A stretch of 56,096 nucleotides of DNA. Origin: an uncultured Gammaproteobacteria bacterium. Lineage in GTDB: Bacteria > Patescibacteriota > Microgenomatia > UBA10105 > UBA927. Positions 55,045-56,096 of this stretch are shown here, piece after piece. Under the pieces are notes generated by a model that worked only from the letters and a program-made list of their open reading frames with translations, ran no database searches and was not told the origin of the DNA. The translations under genes were made by a program, and so were the position numbers. The DNA is taken from contig CAYUKU010000008.1 in NCBI GenBank assembly GCA_964445435.1, positions 1-56,096 on the forward strand, written 5' to 3'. Every line of letters begins with the position of its first letter. The stretch's first letter is position 1.

Positions 55045-55626
55045 CTAATTTACGAGGTCTTCTTCGTCTCCTACGACCATGATTCTCGAACCGCCTATGA
55101 TGGATAGGACGAACGGATCACGTCTGCTTTTGCGAAACGTGAACTCCTCTTCTGTCATAACCGTATAATTCATCTCCCGGCCTCGTCTGGCTTCCTCCGT
55201 TTTTATGATCTGGGAGAGTTCCGGCAGTACCACGTTTCCGACAACGAGAAGATCGACATCTGTTTGCGACTTCTTCTCCAGACCTCTTAAGAATCTCCCG
55301 GAAACCATGACAAACTTCAGCTTCCCCAGCCTGGGTTTATTCTTCAAAATGTCTGCTCCCAAACCTGACGTTTTCCCGATGAGATCAAGAAGTTCATTAT
55401 AAAGGGGGTAATCTTTCCGAAATCCGTAAAACAGACGATTGGCACGCTGTTCTTTCGTGACCATGCCCGAACGCTCCATGTGAGCAAGTTCGCGGCGAAC
55501 GGCGTTTATCTCTTCGTCAACTTTTCGAACGACATCACGAACGTGAAATATGGCTCCCGGGTGTGAAAGAAATAACGTAAGAATTTTAACTCGAACCCTG
55601 GAGATAATGATATCTTCAAGAAACAT
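55045..55626 (-). CDS. Winged-helix protein with C-terminal nucleotidyltransferase-like domain
   Basis: N-terminal HTH (RVKIL.LF...VR...INAVRREL). C-terminal DVDLLVVG...REMNYTV.T..EF. Confidence 0.75.
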   Translation of the reverse strand: MFLEDIIISRVRVKILTLFLSHPGAIFHVRDVVRKVDEEINAVRRELAHMERSGMVTKEQRANRLFYGFRKDYPLYNELLDLIGKTSGLGADILKNKPRLGKLKFVMVSGRFLRGLEKKSQTDVDLLVVGNVVLPELSQIIKTEEARRGREMNYTVMTEEEFTFRKSRRDPFVLSIIGGSRIMVVGDEEDLVN

Positions 55627-55659
55627 AGCCTTGCATCCCCGGGCAGGTGTAACGGTACG

Positions 55660-56096
55660 CTAGTATGTGACGGCAGTACCTGTGGGCAACATTTCAATCC
55701 ACAATTGCCCGCGGTTCAATGATACCTCTTTTCCATCGCTGGTGTAAAATTTCGTTCGGGCGTTTCTGTCTGGCTTTTTCCATGTCACTTTGGTGGCCTT
55801 CCCGTCCTGAAACAGGAGTCCGTCACCCGTGCCGATGTTCGCATAAAGTAGATGCGCATGCTCATCTACTGGCCCCGTCTCCTTCGCAAACATGATGACG
55901 ATTGCGCTTGCGGTTAGCTGTTTGTTGGTCTCCAGGTCCATGTGTGGAGCTCCGCCGTTGAAACGCTTATACGTATTGTTCGTCCTGTCATAATCCCATC
56001 GCACGCCGTATTCCTTCTCATAGCCTTTCCATGCGACGAAACTTGCCGAAAATGATGCCCCGCGATCGGCCTCTTTGGCGTCATCTTTGAATTTCC
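55660..56096 (-). CDS. Partial CDS (C-terminus), DUF3048/YerB-like
   Basis: Frame open to the window edge. Y..WDYD...Y.R, GDG..FQDGK....W.K, L..G..WIE. Confidence 0.8.
   Translation of the reverse strand, partial: KFKDDAKEADRGASFSASFVAWKGYEKEYGVRWDYDRTNNTYKRFNGGAPHMDLETNKQLTASAIVIMFAKETGPVDEHAHLLYANIGTGDGLLFQDGKATKVTWKKPDRNARTKFYTSDGKEVSLNRGQLWIEMLPTGTAVTY

Overview
A 56-kb chromosomal stretch from a bacterium using genetic code 11. The gene content (class I LysRS, clusterless MutY, DUF3048/DUF4112/DUF5666-like proteins, many short-leader genes) suggests Patescibacteria/CPR, probably Microgenomates. That assignment is inference, not a database result. Housekeeping genes: lysS, greA, lon, gltX, aspS, era, recJ, cca, secDF, tRNA-Glu(CTC) and tRNA-Gln(CTG). 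Other clusters: a SUF-ferredoxin-2-oxoacid:ferredoxin oxidoreductase cluster, an OmpR/HK two-component system with a MacAB-like exporter, an ECF sigma/anti-sigma cluster, a surface-modification cluster, and a 5'-truncated serine recombinase beside tRNA-Gln. No CRISPR, rRNA or intact transposase is visible. The most striking unexplained feature is a ~150-nt structured element present twice, 6.2 kb apart, as the 5' leader of two unrelated genes, greA (3512-3660) and lon (9744-9894). It has blocks of perfect identity, a long closing stem ending at the AUG, a possible pseudoknot, a mutually exclusive alternative hairpin, and a frame-preserving peptide (KFR...[10 protein letters not shown]) in frame with both genes. 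Also notable: two aminoacyl-tRNA synthetases fused to editing-type domains (LysRS-I with B3/4; GAD-less AspRS with YbaK/ProX), a three-site TTCAG-N6-TTCAG regulon, palindromic bidirectional leaderless promoters, CIRCE-, Fur/Zur- and ECF-type sites, and several small ORFs missed by the ORF track.
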